Shown: positions 27,553 to 37,466, numbered from the stretch's first letter. The stretch: DNA of 45,065 nt from Patescibacteria group bacterium (GCA_030916895.1 JAUPVR010000004.1:1-45065); one strand, 5' to 3'. Program-made: numbers and translations. Notes: generated from the sequence alone by a model not told the origin.

Positions 27553-28215
27553 ATGTATCTGAAAGATTTACCAGCACACCATGCCGTACTTATTGTTCAC
27601 CATAACCGAAAGGAAATAGGGTCTTTATTGTGGGAAGAATTGGGTACCACTCCATCAATGCATAAATTTGTTGATCAGGCGGTGTTTGATATTGATACGG
27701 CACGTGAACTTATTGTATGGGCAAATACTCCGTATCACGAACCACGCTTTGCTATTGTTTCATTTCACACCGCAACACTTCCTGCGCAAAACGCAATGCT
27801 CAAGGTCCTTGAGGAGTCGAGTGAAGGAGTTCGTTTTGTGCTTGTCACATCAAACAAAGAGCACCTCCTTGAAACAGTGATTTCAAGAATGAGGTTTTTT
27901 GTTCCCGATAAAAAAGAAACTATTTCTTCCCTTGCTCAGGAATTTCTAGAAACTAATCCATCATCGCGCATGAAGCTTAAAGGTATTGTTGAACTTCTTG
28001 GGCAGGAAGATGAAGAGGGGCGTAAAGATAGAGAAGCAATTCGTGCTTTCATTTTAGGTCTTATCAACACACTCTCACGTAATACAAAGATACCTAAAAA
28101 ATACATCAAAGAAGCATTTGTAATGGCATCCTATGTGGGAGATCCATCAACCTCTGGTAAAACAATAGTAGAATATCTTTCCTTTTTACTTCCTAAGTGT
28201 GATACTATTGCATAA
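27553..28215 (+). CDS. holB: DNA polymerase III delta-prime-like subunit, reduced
   Basis: IDTAREL, AQNAMLKVLEE and LLETVISR (sensor/SRC-like). Lacks Walker A and zinc finger. Confidence 0.75.
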   Translation: MYLKDLPAHHAVLIVHHNRKEIGSLLWEELGTTPSMHKFVDQAVFDIDTARELIVWANTPYHEPRFAIVSFHTATLPAQNAMLKVLEESSEGVRFVLVTSNKEHLLETVISRMRFFVPDKKETISSLAQEFLETNPSSRMKLKGIVELLGQEDEEGRKDREAIRAFILGLINTLSRNTKIPKKYIKEAFVMASYVGDPSTSGKTIVEYLSFLLPKCDTIA

Positions 28216-28229
28216 CGATAATAAAAAAT

Positions 28230-28784
28230 ATGGCATATTCATTTACTAAAGCAACAGAGGAAAAAACAAAAATTTTAGAGTGGTTAGCAGCAGAGTACCG
28301 ATCCATTCAAACAGGACGCGCAACACCGCAGGTGCTTGATTTAGTACACATCGATATGTACGGTTCGCGTACTCCCGTTGCACACACATCATCTATAAAT
28401 GTTGAAGATCCTCGCACACTTCGGGTGTCTCCGTGGGATAAGGCCATTGTGCGCGACATTGAGAAGGCGATTAACGATGCAGATCTCGGGCTTTCCGTTT
28501 CCTCTGATAGCGATGGTCTTCGAGTTCACTTTCCAGCACTTACCACGGAAACAAGACAAAAGATGATTAAGCTTTTAAAAGATAGACTTGAGGATGCTCG
28601 TATAAAAGTGCGCGCGCTTCGCGAAGAAATAAATAAAGATATTGATGCCCGTGCGAAAGAAGGAGAATTTGGTGAAGATGAACAGCACAGGTATCGTGAA
28701 GAAAATCAAAAACTCGTTGACGCAATGAATCAAGAACTGGAGGTGCTTTTTGGAAAAAAGGAGAAAGAAGTACTAGGGGAGTAA
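28230..28784 (+). CDS. frr: Ribosome recycling factor
   Basis: I.TGRATP, PWDK, FPALT.E.R, KEKEV. Confidence 0.95.
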   Translation: MAYSFTKATEEKTKILEWLAAEYRSIQTGRATPQVLDLVHIDMYGSRTPVAHTSSINVEDPRTLRVSPWDKAIVRDIEKAINDADLGLSVSSDSDGLRVHFPALTTETRQKMIKLLKDRLEDARIKVRALREEINKDIDARAKEGEFGEDEQHRYREENQKLVDAMNQELEVLFGKKEKEVLGE

Positions 28785-28802
28785 TCTGGTATACTTGGTT
28801 GC

Positions 28803-29900
28803 ATGTCACTTTCAGCGATACTCCTTTTCTTTGTTATCTTACTTGCACTTGTCATTGTGCATGAATTTGGACATTTCATTGCCGCGAAGCTAACAGGCAT
28901 GCGTGTTGATGAGTTTGCTTTTGGTTTTCCGCCAAAGCTTTTCAGTAAAAAGAAAGGGGAAACAACATATTCATTCAATGCACTTCCTCTTGGGGGGTAT
29001 GTTGCTATTTATGGTGAAAATGGTGAACCTGATGATAAGGCCAAGCACGATCCGCGCGCGTTTGGTAATCGTCCATGGTGGGCACAGTTAGTAACGCTTG
29101 TTGCTGGTGTTGTTATGAACATGGTTCTCGCAGTTATTGTTTTCATTTTTATTTCTTATGGGGAAATTCGTGTTTCCGTAGATGATCCAGAGTATGGTGC
29201 GCGTGTCACAAAGCCAGAACTTGTTGTTGTTGAATCTTCTCCAGAATCACCTGCGTATAAAGCAGGACTTATCCCTGGTTCGGTGATTACAAATATAACT
29301 GGGCGCAAGGCTTCTTTTGCTGGTGTTAATGCAACATCTGCTGCGGAATTTATCAGGAAGCACATTGATGAGCCACTCACTATTACCTACATACTTCCTA
29401 ATCAGGCGCTCGCTTCAACAACCGTTACTGGCGTCTATGGAATTATTCCTGACAGAAAAGCGCTCGGTGTTTCGCTCGACTCTATTGGTTATGTTGATGC
29501 TGGTGTACTTGATGCTCTTGTTATTGGTGTTGAGCGAACATACAACATGACACTCATGACCCTTGATGGCCTTTCAATGCTTCTTGCTTCGATTGGGAAA
29601 GGAGAAAGTGTCATTGATTCACTTTCTGGTCCGATTGGTATTGCTCGTATTGTCGGGCAAACGAGCGAGTATGGCTATGATGCGGTACTAAATCTTGTTG
29701 CTGTTCTTTCAATTAATCTTGCGATTTTTAATATTCTCCCACTCCCAGCTCTTGATGGTGGGCGTATGATTATTGTGATTGGGGAAACAATAACAAGAAG
29801 AAAGTTTCCTCATAAGTATATGAGCGCAATTAATGCGGTCGGTTTTGTTCTCCTTATTCTTCTCCTTATTGTTGTCTCAGTAAAGGATGTCACTATGTAG
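28803..29900 (+). CDS. rseP: RIP metalloprotease RseP (M50) with PDZ domain
   Basis: HEFGH zinc motif, LPLGGYV, AGV.MN, SGPIGI, NILPLPALDGG. Confidence 0.95.
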   Translation: MSLSAILLFFVILLALVIVHEFGHFIAAKLTGMRVDEFAFGFPPKLFSKKKGETTYSFNALPLGGYVAIYGENGEPDDKAKHDPRAFGNRPWWAQLVTLVAGVVMNMVLAVIVFIFISYGEIRVSVDDPEYGARVTKPELVVVESSPESPAYKAGLIPGSVITNITGRKASFAGVNATSAAEFIRKHIDEPLTITYILPNQALASTTVTGVYGIIPDRKALGVSLDSIGYVDAGVLDALVIGVERTYNMTLMTLDGLSMLLASIGKGESVIDSLSGPIGIARIVGQTSEYGYDAVLNLVAVLSINLAIFNILPLPALDGGRMIIVIGETITRRKFPHKYMSAINAVGFVLLILLLIVVSVKDVTM

Positions 29901-29926
29901 TGTTTCCTCTGTGGTATAATTTTTTT

Positions 29927-31192
29927 ATGCGACAATCACACCTATTTACAAAAACAAGAAAAGAAAATCCAAGCGATGAAGTATCAAAAAACGCCGAACT
30001 TCTTATTCGTGCGGGATACATTCATAAAGAGATAGCTGGAGCGTACAGTTTTTTACCCCTTGGTTTACGCGTGCTTGAAAATATTAAGACCATCATTCGT
30101 GAAGAGATGAACAGAGAAGGAGGACAGGAAGTTTTTATGACCGCACTTCAAGATAAGAGTATTTGGGAAAAGACAGATAGGTGGGACGATGCAAAGGTTG
30201 ATAATTGGTTTAAGACAACCATTAAGGGTGGAGGCGAAACAGGGCTTGCAATTACGCATGAAGAACCACTAACAAACATCATGACGGGATTTATTTCGTC
30301 ATACCGCGATTTGCCACGGTATGCATACCAATTTCAGAATAAGTTTAGAAATGAAGCGCGAGCAAAATCAGGCATTATGCGTGGACGCGAGTTTCTAATG
30401 AAGGATATGTATGATTTTTCGAAAAATGAAGCCGAGCACAATGAGTTTTACAACAAAATGCGCGAAGCATACATTCGCACCTTTGATCGCTTAGGTATTG
30501 GCGAAAAAACATATGTAACATTTGCATCGGGCGGAATCTTCTCACCATTTTCTGAGGAATTTCAAACACTGTCAGATGCTGGGGAAGACATGATTTATGT
30601 TGACGAGAAAAAGAAACTCGCCGTTAATAAAGAGGTATACAATGACGAAGCGTTGGCAAAACTAAATTTAAAGAAAGAAGATTTAGTTGAAAAGAAATCA
30701 ATTGAAGTTGGAAATATTTTTCACTTAGGTACAAAGTTTTCAGTACCACTTGGACTTTTCTATACTGATGAAAAAGGGGAGAAACAACCAGTGTATATGG
30801 GTTCGTACGGCATGGGTCCATCACGAATCATGGGAACTATTGTGGAAGTGCTTTCAGATGAGAAGGGAATTGTTTGGCCAACCTCCATCGCTCCGTTTTC
30901 TCTTCACCTTATAGCACTCTATAAGAATAAAGACGAAGAAAGTTACAAAAAAGCAGAATCCCTATATAACGATTTAACTGCCAAAGGAGTTGAGGTATTG
31001 TTTGATGATCGTGAAGCAAGTCCTGGAAATAAATTTGCAGATAGTGATTTGATAGGTATTCCAATGCGCGTTGTTGTAAGTGAAAAGTCTTTGACAGCAG
31101 GAGGGGTTGAGATAAAAGAACGCACATCTGATACAAGTGAGATTGTGACTGTTGAGGAACTTTTTAAAACGTACCAAAAGAATTGCGAATAA
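29927..31192 (+). CDS. proS: Proline--tRNA ligase (short form without editing insertion)
   Basis: MRQS.LF, THEE, YRDLP, KFRNE.R...G.MRGREFLMKD, EVGNIFHLG, GSYG.G..R and anticodon-binding domain. ATG 29927. Confidence 0.93.
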   Translation: MRQSHLFTKTRKENPSDEVSKNAELLIRAGYIHKEIAGAYSFLPLGLRVLENIKTIIREEMNREGGQEVFMTALQDKSIWEKTDRWDDAKVDNWFKTTIKGGGETGLAITHEEPLTNIMTGFISSYRDLPRYAYQFQNKFRNEARAKSGIMRGREFLMKDMYDFSKNEAEHNEFYNKMREAYIRTFDRLGIGEKTYVTFASGGIFSPFSEEFQTLSDAGEDMIYVDEKKKLAVNKEVYNDEALAKLNLKKEDLVEKKSIEVGNIFHLGTKFSVPLGLFYTDEKGEKQPVYMGSYGMGPSRIMGTIVEVLSDEKGIVWPTSIAPFSLHLIALYKNKDEESYKKAESLYNDLTAKGVEVLFDDREASPGNKFADSDLIGIPMRVVVSEKSLTAGGVEIKERTSDTSEIVTVEELFKTYQKNCE

Positions 31193-31259
31193 AAAAGGAG
31201 ATCAAACGATATGATTAAGCCTTTTTTGTAACGAGTAGCTAGTGTAGAAAGGTATATCC

Positions 31260-31288
31260 ATTATACCATTTTATTTTTATTTTGTCAA
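31260..31288 (-). promoter_or_regulatory. Perfect sigma70 promoter on minus strand with no downstream ORF
   Basis: Reverse complement reads TTGACA-aaataaaaataaaatgg(17)-TATAAT, including extended -10 TG. Confidence 0.7.
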
Positions 31289-31325
31289 ATTAGTTTAGAA
31301 AAAATCGTTATGGTAGAATACCCGC

Positions 31326-32375
31326 ATGTTTGACCGATTTTTCCGCCATTTTTCAAACGATATTGGTATTGACCTTGGTACCGCTAACACGCTTGTGTAT
31401 TTACGTGGTCGAGGAATTGTCATTGATGAACCCTCGGTTGTTGCACTCAACGCAAAAACCGACCGTGTGGTTGCGGTTGGTAACGAAGCAAAGGACATGA
31501 TGGGAAGAACTCCAGCTCACATCAAAATTGTCCGCCCTCTTGTTGACGGTGTGATTTCTGACTATGAAGTAACAGAAGAAATGCTTTCATACCTTATCAA
31601 CAAAGCAAACGATATGGTTAAGAAATTTTTACGTCCACGTGTCGTTATCGGTATTCCTGTTGGCATAACGAATGTTGAAATGCGTGCTGTGTATGATGCT
31701 GCAAAATCAGCCGGTGCGCGTGAAGTGTACATTGTTGAAGAACCAACCGCTGCCGCAATCGGTGTCCACCTTCCAATTCATGAACCAGTTGGAAGCATGA
31801 TTGTTGATATTGGTGGAGGCACAACAGACATTGCCGTTATTGCTCTTGGTGGTGTTGTTCGTTCCAAAAGTTTGAAAGTGGCAGGAGATGTCATGAACAC
31901 AAATATTATTACGTACATTCGTGATGAATTCAAAATGCTCATTGGTGAAAAAACAGCGGAGCACATCAAGATGACAATTGGTTCAGCGGTTCCAGGTGAA
32001 CATACAGAAGAAATGACAGTAAAAGGGCGTGACTTAATTACTGGTCTTCCTCGAGAAGCGGTTATCACTGATACTGATATCCGTGAAGCAATGTACGGAC
32101 CACTTTCTCAAATCGTGGAAGCAATTAAGGAAGTTTTGGAAACAACACCGCCAGAGGTTCTTTCAGATATTATGTATAAGGGTATTACGGTTTCAGGGGG
32201 AGGGGCTCTCATTAGAAACCTTCCGGAACTCCTCAAAATGCAACTTAAAGTTCCTATCAACATTGCGGATGATCCTCTCACATGTGTTGCGCGTGGAACA
32301 GGTGTTATCCTAGAAGATATAGAGAGATATAAAGACGTTGTAATACAAAATACCGATGACATATCGTTCCGCTAG
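31326..32375 (+). CDS. mreB: Rod shape-determining protein MreB
   Basis: GIDLGTANT, DIGGGTTD, TPPE. Directly upstream of mreC. Confidence 0.95.
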   Translation: MFDRFFRHFSNDIGIDLGTANTLVYLRGRGIVIDEPSVVALNAKTDRVVAVGNEAKDMMGRTPAHIKIVRPLVDGVISDYEVTEEMLSYLINKANDMVKKFLRPRVVIGIPVGITNVEMRAVYDAAKSAGAREVYIVEEPTAAAIGVHLPIHEPVGSMIVDIGGGTTDIAVIALGGVVRSKSLKVAGDVMNTNIITYIRDEFKMLIGEKTAEHIKMTIGSAVPGEHTEEMTVKGRDLITGLPREAVITDTDIREAMYGPLSQIVEAIKEVLETTPPEVLSDIMYKGITVSGGGALIRNLPELLKMQLKVPINIADDPLTCVARGTGVILEDIERYKDVVIQNTDDISFR

Positions 32376-33171
32376 ATCAAAAGATAAAGGAAAGCACATT
32401 AAGACAAGTGTTCTTGTTTTTTGCGTGCTCATCCTTTCTCTTTTTTGGAAACCAACACAAGATTTTTTGTATCCAGTTTTTTCTCCAGTTCTTTCTACGT
32501 ACGTTGCGATACGTGATACGGGAACAGGAATTCCACACGCAGTTATTGCGTACTTTACAGATAGAAATACATACGAAAATAAAATTACTAACCTCGAAGA
32601 GCAAATTGAGTATCTTGAAAATGAACTTGCATATGCACATGTACTTACCGACTCTTTTGAAGAGGGAATTCCCCTTGATACTGGAACGACAACAGAATTA
32701 AACACACTGTCAGGTGGCCTATCAACGCTTAAACTGTATCCAATCATAAAAGACAAGACAACAATCTATAATACCATTCTCGTTTCTGGTGGTTTTGACG
32801 ACGGCATTGAAGAGGGCATGGTTGTTTACGTGCGTGGATACGAGGCTGTTGGCTACATTGCAAAGGTGCATAAGTCTTCCTCAGTGGTTAATCTTTTTTC
32901 TTCCGGTAACGAAGAAATTAATGGTGTCATTAAAGATATAGACACTTCACTTATTCTTTTTGGTGATGGTGGTGGTGCGTATCGTATTGAGGCACCAAAG
33001 AGTGTTGATCTTGCGGTTGGTCAAAAAGTGTTTTTGGCAGAGAACCAAAGCATGATACTTGGCACTATCGTTGAAGTTACCGATGATCCACAAGACACAT
33101 TTACACGTGCGTATGTCCGCGGAGCGTACAACCCAAATAGAGCACACATTTTCTATGTCGACTCCAAGTAA
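32356..33171 (+). CDS. mreC: Rod shape-determining protein MreC
   Basis: N-terminal TM, coiled coil (ENKITNLEEQIEYLENEL), G..DGIEEGM.V...VG.I..V. Synteny mreB-mreC. Confidence 0.85.
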   Translation: MTYRSARSKDKGKHIKTSVLVFCVLILSLFWKPTQDFLYPVFSPVLSTYVAIRDTGTGIPHAVIAYFTDRNTYENKITNLEEQIEYLENELAYAHVLTDSFEEGIPLDTGTTTELNTLSGGLSTLKLYPIIKDKTTIYNTILVSGGFDDGIEEGMVVYVRGYEAVGYIAKVHKSSSVVNLFSSGNEEINGVIKDIDTSLILFGDGGGAYRIEAPKSVDLAVGQKVFLAENQSMILGTIVEVTDDPQDTFTRAYVRGAYNPNRAHIFYVDSK

Positions 33172-33322
33172 GCATACCTGGTATAGTATTTTAATAATCA
33201 CATCTGCTCTAGGTATCGATGTCTTTCTTTCCACATCAACGTATCCGCTTTTGACAATTATTGTCTGTGGTATAGTAATTGTACTAGCGTATGTTTCGCC
33301 ATATATCAGGAAATCGTATTAA
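33155..33322 (+). CDS. 55-aa two-TM protein in the mreD position (possible miniature MreD)
   Basis: MSTPSKHTWYSILIITSALGIDVFLSTSTYPLLTIIVCGIVIVLAYVSPYIRKSY. Overlaps the mreC stop and the mrdA start. Confidence 0.4.
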   Translation: MSTPSKHTWYSILIITSALGIDVFLSTSTYPLLTIIVCGIVIVLAYVSPYIRKSY

Positions 33323-34979
33323 GCGCACCTATCGGGAAATTGATCCTGAGGACGTTTTTTTGGATTCACACAACATCCCAACATTTAACACCGATCAAAT
33401 GGAGGGGCATCTAGAAAGGCCATTACCAAGCTATTTCGGGTACCTTGTACTGATTACAATTTTCTTAGTGTTTAGTGTTTTTATTGGGAAACTTTATTCA
33501 ATGCAAATCAAGGAAGCTGATACCTATAGAGAGTTGGCTGATAAAAACCATCTAAAGAGTACGCCGATTTTTGCACATCGCGGAACGATAAGTGACAGAA
33601 AAGGAGAAGTGCTTGCATGGAATGATAGTGCGGGCGGTAATCACGAAATTCCTGAACGCAGGTATACAAAAATTCCTGGATTTTCTAATTTGCTTGGGTA
33701 TGTAAGCTACCCCAAAAAAGATGTAAGCGGTATCTTTTGGCAGGACACATATATTGGGAGAGACGGTATTGAAAAAGCATACAATGCAATCCTTCAGGGT
33801 ATGACAGGAGAGAAAATTATTGCTGTAAATGCCGCTCGAGAAATTGAATCGGAAAATGTGATTGTTGATCCAATTAAGGGAGAAAATATAAAACTTTCAA
33901 TTGATGGTGGTGTACAAGCAAAGCTCTACGAACGTATGCAGGCTCTCTCAGCAAAAGCAGGATTTACAGGAGGTGCTGCGGTTATTATGGATGTACACAC
34001 AGGTGAGATACTGGCGCTTGCAAGTTTTCCTGAGTATGACAACAATCTCATAACTAACGCAACATCAACTGAAGACAGAAATCGTGTGGCAAAAGATCTT
34101 GTCGATAAGCGAGGTAAGTTTATCAATCGTGCAATTTCAGGATTGTTTACACCTGGTTCAACAGTGAAGCCCTTTGTTGCAATTGCCGCACTGATGGAAG
34201 ATGTTATCACGCCAGAGAAACAAATTTATAGTTCGGGGGCTCTTGTTATCAAAAATAAATATGGCGGTCCAGACACTGTCTTTAAAGACTGGAAAGCACA
34301 CGGCTATGTCGATATGCGTGAAGCCCTCTCTGTTTCTTCCGATGAATATTTCTATCAAGTCGGCGGAGGGTACCAGACGCAAAAAGGTTTAGGGATTGAG
34401 AAGATACATACATATGCGACGATGTTTGGATTTGGTACAACAACAGGCATTGATTTACCAAACGAAAAATTCGGTACCATTCCGTCTCCAGAATGGAAGA
34501 AAAAAACATTCGGTGAGGATTGGCTCGTCGGAAATACCTATCACACAGCAATTGGTCAATATGGATTTCAGGTAACACCACTTGAACTTACTCGTGCGGT
34601 TGCGTCAATTGCAAATGGGGGATACCTCGTGACACCACACCTCTTTCTATCCCTTGATGTTGGGAGCTCATCTATTGGACTACAAGAACAAGATCTACGT
34701 GTTATTCGTGAAGGCATGAGAGAAGGTGTTCTTACTGGTACAGCAAAAGCACTTAATCTTTCTGGTGTCACTATTGCTGCAAAGTCAGGAACGGCAGAAC
34801 TTGGTATCACCAAACAACTCGTGAATAGTTGGATTTCTGGTTATTTTCCTTATGAAAATCCAAGGTATGCTTTTGTTGTGATTATGGAAAAAGGGGATAG
34901 ACATAACCCATATGGAGCTGTGTTTGTCATGCGCGAAACACTTGAATGGATGAGAGATAACACGGATTATACGAAATAG
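33291..34979 (+). CDS. mrdA: Penicillin-binding protein 2 (class B, elongation)
   Basis: TM anchor, RGTI.DR.G, PGSTVK (SxxK), SSD (SxD typical of PBP2), KSGT. Follows mreBC. Confidence 0.9.
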   Translation: MFRHISGNRIKRTYREIDPEDVFLDSHNIPTFNTDQMEGHLERPLPSYFGYLVLITIFLVFSVFIGKLYSMQIKEADTYRELADKNHLKSTPIFAHRGTISDRKGEVLAWNDSAGGNHEIPERRYTKIPGFSNLLGYVSYPKKDVSGIFWQDTYIGRDGIEKAYNAILQGMTGEKIIAVNAAREIESENVIVDPIKGENIKLSIDGGVQAKLYERMQALSAKAGFTGGAAVIMDVHTGEILALASFPEYDNNLITNATSTEDRNRVAKDLVDKRGKFINRAISGLFTPGSTVKPFVAIAALMEDVITPEKQIYSSGALVIKNKYGGPDTVFKDWKAHGYVDMREALSVSSDEYFYQVGGGYQTQKGLGIEKIHTYATMFGFGTTTGIDLPNEKFGTIPSPEWKKKTFGEDWLVGNTYHTAIGQYGFQVTPLELTRAVASIANGGYLVTPHLFLSLDVGSSSIGLQEQDLRVIREGMREGVLTGTAKALNLSGVTIAAKSGTAELGITKQLVNSWISGYFPYENPRYAFVVIMEKGDRHNPYGAVFVMRETLEWMRDNTDYTK

Positions 34980-35021
34980 TGAAAATCGACAGAACTCATT
35001 TTTTATGCTATCCTGTTTGCC

Positions 35022-35477
35022 ATGGAATATTTAACAATCGAAAAGAAAAACGCCCTCGAAGAAGAACTTAATCAGCTAAAATCAGTTCGCCGAAAGGAGA
35101 TTGCTGATGCTCTTGAATACGCAAAGTCCCTTGGTGACCTCTCAGAAAATGCAGAGTATCATCAAGCTCGTGAGGACCAAGCAAACTGCGAAGAACGCAT
35201 CGCGCACATCGAGCAAATTTTGAAGAATGCTGTTATTTTAAGTGACCACAAGGACGGATTTGTAAGTGTTGGGAGTAAAGTTGTCGTTTTAAAGAAGGGT
35301 GAAAAGGAAACACGAAATTTTGACATTGTTGGTAGTGAAGAAGCAGACTCAATCGCTGGAAAAATTTCTAACGAATCTCCAATTGGACGAGCTCTCCTTG
35401 GTAAAGTTAAAGGTGATACGGTAACATTTGAAACACCAAAAGGCCAAGCAACCTACACGATTAAATCGGTGGAGTAA
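35022..35477 (+). CDS. greA: Transcription elongation factor GreA
   Basis: GDLSENAEY and ISNESPIGRALLG. Confidence 0.96.
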   Translation: MEYLTIEKKNALEEELNQLKSVRRKEIADALEYAKSLGDLSENAEYHQAREDQANCEERIAHIEQILKNAVILSDHKDGFVSVGSKVVVLKKGEKETRNFDIVGSEEADSIAGKISNESPIGRALLGKVKGDTVTFETPKGQATYTIKSVE

Positions 35478-35495
35478 AGAAACAAGAGGAAAGAT

Positions 35496-35541
35496 AGATG
35501 ATAGAAGAAAATCGCCTTTTGGCGATTTTCTTCTATCATCT
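35496..35541. terminator. Long perfect palindrome (21-bp arms) after greA, probable terminator
   Basis: AGATGATAGAAGAAAATCGCC-tttt-GGCGATTTTCTTCTATCATCT. Confidence 0.65.
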
Positions 35542-35585
35542 TATATCGTGTATCCATCATCATTTTGTGTTATAATTTTTCCCAT

Positions 35586-37040
35586 ATGGCAACACTTTCA
35601 GAACTTCGCGCTGAGCGCGTCAAAAAATTAAAAGCACTAGAAGAAAAAGGCCAAGAAGGGTACCCTGGTGTTTCAAGGAGAACACATGACTTGGCGGATG
35701 TAATTCGTAACTTTAAATCACTCCACGATGACGCAACACAGATAATTGTGACTGGTCGTATTATGGCATCTCGCGGACAAGGGGCACTCATTTTCTTTGA
35801 TCTTTTTGATGGTACCGCAAAACTTCAAGCAGTTATTAAGCTTCCAGAATCAGGGGAAGAGGTACATTCGTTTTACACAAGTTTTGTGGATATCGGTGAT
35901 TTTGTTGAAGTTACAGGTACACTTTTTATCACAAAAGCTGGACAAGAAAGTGTTCATGTTACTAACATGCGCATGCTTTCAAAGGCGCTTCTCCCTCTTC
36001 CGGATAAATATCATGGTCTTCAAGATGAAGAGCTTCGTCTTCGTGAACGTTATCTCGATATTCTCACGAACCCTGAACTCCGCGAGATGATAGAAAAAAA
36101 ATCAAAGTTTTGGGAAGTGACTCGTGCATTTTTGAAGGAAAGAAAATTTATTGAGGTTGAGACACCAACACTTGAAGTAACGACAGGTGGGGCAGAGGCG
36201 CGACCGTTTGCGACGCATCATCACGATTTTGATTTGGACGTATTTATGCGTATTTCTGTCGGAGAATTATGGCAGAAACGCCTCATGGCCGGGGGTCTTC
36301 CTCGTACGTTTGAAATCGGCCGTGTGTATCGTAATGAAGGATCTTCACCTGAACATGTACAGGAATTTACAAATTGTGAATTCTATATGGCATATGCCGA
36401 TTACGAGGATGGTATGAATCTCGTGGAGGATCTTTATCGCACCATCGCTAAAGAAGTTTTTGGTACAACAACATTCACCACTCGCGGACATACCTTTGAT
36501 TTAAGTGAGGCGTGGGCGCGTCTTGACTATCGTGAAGAAGTAAAAAAACAAACCGACATAGATATTAACACCGCAACAGACGACGAAATTAAAAAGAAAC
36601 TGAATGAATTAAAAGTAACGTACGACGGAGAAAATCGTGAGCGTCTTGTCGATACACTTTGGAAACATTGTCGTAAGCAAATCTCCGGTCCTGCTTTTCT
36701 TATTAATCACCCGATACTGGTTGCTCCACTTGCAAAGAAAAACAAGGATGGTGAAACAGCACAGGTGTTCCAACCAATTTTAGCAGGTAGTGAATTAGGT
36801 AAGGGGTATACAGAGTTGAATGATCCAATTGACCAGCGTACACGCTTCGAGCAACAACAGTCGCTTCTTGAAGGTGGAGACGAAGAAGCTATGATGGCGG
36901 ATTACGATTTTGTAGAAATGCTTGAGCATGGCATGCCACCAACATGTGGTTTTGGGTTCGGGGAACGACTATTCGCTTTTCTTTCTGATAAACCAATTCG
37001 CGAAATACACACCTTCCCACTCGTAAAGCCAAAAAATTAG
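35586..37040 (+). CDS. lysS: Lysine--tRNA ligase (class II)
   Basis: LPDKYHGL.D.E.R.R.RYLD, GGAEARPF.THH, YRNEG, YTELNDP..QR, GMPPT.G.G.G. Confidence 0.97.
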   Translation: MATLSELRAERVKKLKALEEKGQEGYPGVSRRTHDLADVIRNFKSLHDDATQIIVTGRIMASRGQGALIFFDLFDGTAKLQAVIKLPESGEEVHSFYTSFVDIGDFVEVTGTLFITKAGQESVHVTNMRMLSKALLPLPDKYHGLQDEELRLRERYLDILTNPELREMIEKKSKFWEVTRAFLKERKFIEVETPTLEVTTGGAEARPFATHHHDFDLDVFMRISVGELWQKRLMAGGLPRTFEIGRVYRNEGSSPEHVQEFTNCEFYMAYADYEDGMNLVEDLYRTIAKEVFGTTTFTTRGHTFDLSEAWARLDYREEVKKQTDIDINTATDDEIKKKLNELKVTYDGENRERLVDTLWKHCRKQISGPAFLINHPILVAPLAKKNKDGETAQVFQPILAGSELGKGYTELNDPIDQRTRFEQQQSLLEGGDEEAMMADYDFVEMLEHGMPPTCGFGFGERLFAFLSDKPIREIHTFPLVKPKN

Positions 37041-37120
37041 ATTTGTTGACATTTACCTTGTTTTAATAAAAACTAGAGAAATACTTGTTCTGTTCTACCA
37101 TTCTTAAAAAGGGGGAGTTG

Positions 37121-37429
37121 ATGAGCCACTATGTCGTTCTCCTCGTTAATCTTGGGGAGATTGAAAAAATTCGAAAAGAGCGTTTTTTTGGAGAAAGAAT
37201 TGCTGAAGCGGTTCGCAATAATCATTCCCCGAATGATAACGTTCACATCATTTCCGAAGACGGCACTGTTCTTGCAACAGTTATCGGAACTGAATTTCAC
37301 ATCACCTCAACAAAAATTGTCATCGTTGAAGAGGGTGTGGGATGGCTTGCAAGTGGCACTTGGCGACCAGCGTGGTCAAAGGTTACCCACGTTGACGCTA
37401 CCGAAATGATTTTTGGAAAAAAAGAATAA
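37121..37429 (+). CDS. Hypothetical protein
   Basis: ATG 37121 with SD GGGGGAG, upstream TTGACA, and a downstream terminator. Confidence 0.55.
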   Translation: MSHYVVLLVNLGEIEKIRKERFFGERIAEAVRNNHSPNDNVHIISEDGTVLATVIGTEFHITSTKIVIVEEGVGWLASGTWRPAWSKVTHVDATEMIFGKKE

Positions 37430-37434
37430 AAACA

Positions 37435-37466
37435 AAAAGGCCACAGGTGAAAACCTGTGGCCGTTT
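37435..37466. terminator. Bidirectional terminator
   Basis: GGCCACAGGT-gaaa-ACCTGTGGCC flanked by A- and T-runs. Confidence 0.75.
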
